The notes beneath the pieces were generated by a model. It did no database searches. It was not told the origin of the DNA and saw only the letters and a list, made by a program, of their open reading frames with translations. A stretch of DNA of 64,000 nt from Polyangiaceae bacterium. Lineage in GTDB: Bacteria; Myxococcota_A; Polyangia; Polyangiales; Polyangiaceae. Shown here piece after piece: positions 60,378 to 64,000 of the stretch (position 1 is the first letter of the stretch; each line of letters starts with the position of its first letter). Both the position numbers and the translations under genes were made by a program. The stretch is from the NCBI GenBank assembly GCA_050287085.1, contig JBNKBE010000013.1:113931-177930 (forward strand), read 5' to 3'.

Positions 60378-62105
60378 ATGAATCTTCCCGCCCCCCTGAC
60401 CCCCGAGATCGGCGTGGGCTTGAGAGCCCCTCACTTTGGCGAGGTGCTGCGCGGCTCTGCGGAGGTGGACTTCTTCGAGGTGGTGTCGGAGAACTTCATG
60501 GTCGCTGGCGGCAATCCCCTATACGTGCTCGACCGGGTTCGCGAGCGCTATCCCATCGTATTGCACGGCGTATCCCTCGGCATCGGTTCGCCTGAAGAGC
60601 CTGACCGTGAGTATCTGCGGCGGCTCAAGCAACTGATTGGACGCGTGCAGCCTCGCTACGTGACGGACCATTTCTGCTGGTCGCGCCTCGGAGCCTCCCA
60701 CCTGCACGACTTGCTCCCCTTGCCTCTCACCGCCGCGATGGCCGAACGCATCGCCCGAAGGGCCAATGCTCTGCAGGATTACCTCGAGGTGCCTTTTGGG
60801 CTCGAGAATACCTCGACCTACGCGCGCTTCGCCTGCGACGAGATGAGCGAAAGCGAGTTCATCAACGCCGTGTTGGCTCAGAGCGAGGTGGGCGTGCTGC
60901 TGGATGTCAACAACGTCTTTGTTTCCGCCTGCAACCACGGCTTCGACGCCCACGCTTTCGTCGAGCAGATCCCCGCAGAGCGCGTGCTCCAGCTTCACAT
61001 GGCGGGCCACACCGACCGGGGCCGATACTTGCTCGACACCCATCACGAGCGCATCTGCGCAGAGGTCTGGCAGCTCTACCAGCATACGCTGCGTTGCCTG
61101 GGTCCGATCCCCACGTTGATCGAGTGGGACGAAGGGCTACGGGGTTTCGATGAGCTCTGTGAGCTGCGCCGGACTGCCCTCACCCACGCTCGCGAGGCCA
61201 CGCCACAGTGCTCGCCACAGTGCTCGCCACAGTGCGAAGCGCCGGGGAGGCGCCGCACCCCGAGCACCCGCTCTCGACCCCAACCCCCCGCTGAAACCCG
61301 CATCACCCTGACCCAAGTCGATACTCAGCTGGGGTGGTTTGGCGAACAGGTCCGGGCCCTTCGCGCTCGCCCAAGCGATGCCGCCGCGGCCCGCGTTGCA
61401 GAGCAGCGTCTCGCGCCCCATCCGCGGATGTCCGGCGCTGACCAACTCGAGGTCTATCGCGAACAGTTTTGGCTCCGCCACACCGGCGCGCTGCTCGAAG
61501 ACTTTCCGGCGCTGGCAGCCTGGCTCGGTCAAACGGCGTGGGAGGCGCTCGTGGAAGGTTATCTGCTGGAGTCCCCCCTTCGCAGCTTCAGCCTGCGAGA
61601 TCTGGGCGCTGGACTCGCGGCGTACGTGGCGGCGCTCCTGCCAGACGACCCGACCGGCCAAGCATTGGCTACGCTGGAATGGGCCCAGGTCGAGGTATTC
61701 GACGCCAGCGACGCGCTGCGTCCGCTCGGCTCTGGCGCGTTCATTTCTCAAGCGCTTCGGGTCCTCGAATTGCCGCCCGAGGTGGACGTTCTGCGTCGGA
61801 CGCTGCTCCGTTCAGAAGCGCCCCAAGCGAGGGCGGAAGCGAAGCTGCAAACGCCCTTCACCAGCCCCACCGCGCCCGACGCCCTCGCGGAGCGGCTCTG
61901 CGTCTACCGCACCCAGCAACGCACCGTCGCCAGCACGTCTTTGGCCCCTCGCTGCGCCCAACTTTTACAACTGCTGACGGCTGCGACTTCGCTCGAGCTG
62001 GCCTTCGATCAATACCAAGAGAGGGGGCATAGTGTCCAACCTGCCGAGGTCCGCGCTTGGTTTGCCCAGTGGGCGAAGCGGGGCTGGTTGACCCTTGCGC
62101 CCTAG
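60378..62105 (+). CDS. DUF692 (MNIO) enzyme fused to a DUF2063-like partner domain
   Basis: GVGLR, ENFM, HGVSL, DHFCW, DLLPLP, LEN, LLDVNN, HMAGH, DTH, IEWD; then LEVYREQF..R....LLEDFP, LATLEWA. Confidence 0.9.
   Translation: MNLPAPLTPEIGVGLRAPHFGEVLRGSAEVDFFEVVSENFMVAGGNPLYVLDRVRERYPIVLHGVSLGIGSPEEPDREYLRRLKQLIGRVQPRYVTDHFCWSRLGASHLHDLLPLPLTAAMAERIARRANALQDYLEVPFGLENTSTYARFACDEMSESEFINAVLAQSEVGVLLDVNNVFVSACNHGFDAHAFVEQIPAERVLQLHMAGHTDRGRYLLDTHHERICAEVWQLYQHTLRCLGPIPTLIEWDEGLRGFDELCELRRTALTHAREATPQCSPQCSPQCEAPGRRRTPSTRSRPQPPAETRITLTQVDTQLGWFGEQVRALRARPSDAAAARVAEQRLAPHPRMSGADQLEVYREQFWLRHTGALLEDFPALAAWLGQTAWEALVEGYLLESPLRSFSLRDLGAGLAAYVAALLPDDPTGQALATLEWAQVEVFDASDALRPLGSGAFISQALRVLELPPEVDVLRRTLLRSEAPQARAEAKLQTPFTSPTAPDALAERLCVYRTQQRTVASTSLAPRCAQLLQLLTAATSLELAFDQYQERGHSVQPAEVRAWFAQWAKRGWLTLAP
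61201..61235 (+). repeat. 12-bp tandem repeat CGCCACAGTGCT x3 in the DUF692 linker
   Basis: Encodes PQCS PQCS PQC. Confidence 0.9.
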
Positions 62106-62143
62106 ACCCAATCTGCTGCGCCCTAGACCCACCCTGCTGCGCC
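62096..62143. repeat. 21-bp tandem duplication covering the DUF692 stop codon
   Basis: TGCGCCCTAGACCCAMYCTGC x2.3. Confidence 0.85.
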
Positions 62144-62145
62144 TC

Positions 62146-63903
62146 TCAGTGGCGCGCTAGCCGCTTGTCCTGATTGGGCTCTTCGGCGAGCGCCGTACGC
62201 CCCGGCTCCGCGGGAGCAACCGCTATGCTGGGTATCGGCGCCGGCCCCGGGTCCCCATCGCGTGGACTCAACGGCATAGGGGTAGGCAAATCGGAGACAG
62301 CCCGAGCCGGAACGCCAAACTGTTCAGCCTGCTTGGCTTGCCACGGATACTTGACCCGATGATGATTCATATTCACCAAGGTATCGACCATACGGGTCAC
62401 GACGATCTTGAGGTCGCGCATGCGTAGGCCACTGTCATCGAGCTGACCGGAAGCCAACTTGGTGAAGACGATCCGCTGCACCATCGTTTCGAAGCCCGAA
62501 CGCTTGGGAGGATCGATGGTGCGCGATGCGGCCTCGATCGAGTCGACCAGCATCAGGATCGCTGTTTCTTTGGTCTGGGGCTTCATCCCCGGGTAGCGAA
62601 AGAACTCTTTGTCCAAACCGCCCGGGTTGCCGCGCTCTTTGCACTTATTCCAAAAGTACTCGACCACGCTGGTGCCATGGTGAGTGTAGGCAAACTCGAC
62701 CACCGGCTCTGGGATCCCCCCTTCGCGAAGAATACGCGTCCCCTCCTCCACGTGAGCCAGGATCACCTCCGCGCTCACCTCGGGAGCGATTTCATCGTGG
62801 GGAGAGCGCTCTCCATGACCGAGGTTTTCGACGAAGAACTTGGGCTGCAGGGACTTGCCCAGATCGTGGTAGTAGGCTCCGACCCGGACAAGCAGCGCAT
62901 CGGCCCCAATCGCCGCGGCCGCTTGTTCCGCTAGATTGGCCATCGCCCGGGAGTGCTCCCAGGAGCCCGGTGCTTCCTGAGCCATGCGCTTGAGCAAGGG
63001 ACGTTCTAGATCGGTCAAAGCATGCAGTCGCTCGCGAGGGACATGACCCAGAAGCCTCTCGGCAGGCGAGCGCAAGACGCTCCCCAAGATTCCTGCCAGC
63101 AACCCACCGCCGACACATCCCAGCACCGGGGACGCTGTCACCTCCCCAGCCAGTGCCAGCGCAGTCGACCCGAAAACCAGCTGCAGCAGCGCCAGGTACA
63201 TGACGGCAGCCCCAAGCCCCGACCACAACCCGGCGAAGATGAAGTTGCGATTGACCTTCTTATCGCGGAGCATGAGCACGGAGCCCAAGCCGTGGCAGAG
63301 GCTGACCGCCAGGAGCGAGACGTCAAAGCGCAGCAAGGCCGCCACCATGAACGACGAGACGATGGCCACGACGATCGCGGCGCGGCGTTCGAAACTGCCC
63401 GCCACCCAGAGCGGTACGGCCGCGGTCGGCAGCCAAACGTGGAGCCAGGGTGAGAAGAGCAGGGCGAGTTTCGCGCTCAGCAGAAACAACGCCATCATGA
63501 TTAGCAGGCCGATTTGCGTGCGGAGAAGGCGCAGTCGGTTCTGACCAAACTCCCTCAGGTAGGCGGTGAGAGCCAGCGCCGCCGACAGGAAGAAGACGAA
63601 GGAGCCAGCAAAGGCCAGCCACGGCCCGGGACGCCGCGCCTGATCCGCGAGCACGGCCAACACATGGGCCCGGTCCTCCGGATTCGGACGAACACCGCGC
63701 GGCACGATCATGTGCACCTGCGCCGGAAGGTGGAGATCCCGAGCGGCAACCGGCACCATGGGGACCCGCAAAGTGACCGGCGCAGGTCGGCCGAAGTGGG
63801 GCGTCAGCTGCGGCACCATGAGGTCACCCACGTCCACAAAAGCGAACAACACCGCGGCCATTGCGCTGATGACCAGGCTGGCGCGCCATCCGGCTCGAAA
63901 CAC
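62146..63903 (-). CDS. 7TM-HD (HDIG, PgpH-like) membrane phosphohydrolase
   Basis: Multiple TM helices; APGSWEHS, YYHDLGK, FVEN, HHGT, FRYPG, DSIEAASR. Confidence 0.9.
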   Translation of the reverse strand: MFRAGWRASLVISAMAAVLFAFVDVGDLMVPQLTPHFGRPAPVTLRVPMVPVAARDLHLPAQVHMIVPRGVRPNPEDRAHVLAVLADQARRPGPWLAFAGSFVFFLSAALALTAYLREFGQNRLRLLRTQIGLLIMMALFLLSAKLALLFSPWLHVWLPTAAVPLWVAGSFERRAAIVVAIVSSFMVAALLRFDVSLLAVSLCHGLGSVLMLRDKKVNRNFIFAGLWSGLGAAVMYLALLQLVFGSTALALAGEVTASPVLGCVGGGLLAGILGSVLRSPAERLLGHVPRERLHALTDLERPLLKRMAQEAPGSWEHSRAMANLAEQAAAAIGADALLVRVGAYYHDLGKSLQPKFFVENLGHGERSPHDEIAPEVSAEVILAHVEEGTRILREGGIPEPVVEFAYTHHGTSVVEYFWNKCKERGNPGGLDKEFFRYPGMKPQTKETAILMLVDSIEAASRTIDPPKRSGFETMVQRIVFTKLASGQLDDSGLRMRDLKIVVTRMVDTLVNMNHHRVKYPWQAKQAEQFGVPARAVSDLPTPMPLSPRDGDPGPAPIPSIAVAPAEPGRTALAEEPNQDKRLARH

Positions 63904-64000
63904 GCCATATGCCGGAACCGGCGCGCTACGAGGCTCTGCGCCATGTGGTGGTGCAGGACTGGACCGACGCCACCATGGCCGAGCTGCGCAGCAAGGAAGT

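Overview
GC-rich bacterial chromosomal window with no rRNA, tRNA, CRISPR array or transposase that I can recognise. The gene content points to Myxococcota, probably Polyangiales (inference): Gly-rich lipoproteins, two DUF1592/DUF1552 pairs, a MYXO-CTERM protein, and an eSTK + PEGA-like + LamG cassette. It holds about 43 CDS. Left part: orphan CheA-like kinase, wrbA, a candidate 6S RNA and two c-type cytochrome lipoproteins. Middle: a roughly 22-kb sugar-phosphate/PPi/polyP neighbourhood with a phosphorylase-kinase-alpha/beta-like GH15 protein, pfkA, HD-GYP, hppA, a SulP-PTS EIIA fusion, a ROK kinase, a degenerate ppx, ppk1 and a LacI-sensor GGDEF-EAL protein. Right part: recA with a repeat-expanded N-terminus, mgtE, an ECF sigma/anti-sigma pair, an NtrC-type regulator, namZ, pepP, a DUF692-DUF2063 fusion and a 7TM-HD protein. 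The best candidate for an undescribed system is a translationally coupled operon DinB -> TANGO2/NRDE::GlsA-like acyltransferase fusion -> GlsB/OlsB-like N-acyltransferase, which suggests aminolipid synthesis with a built-in Ntn-hydrolase domain. Also notable are a REP-like dispersed element partly embedded in frame in a kinase gene, and recurrent 3n tandem-repeat expansions at gene ends. All family calls come from motif recognition by eye; no database searches were run.
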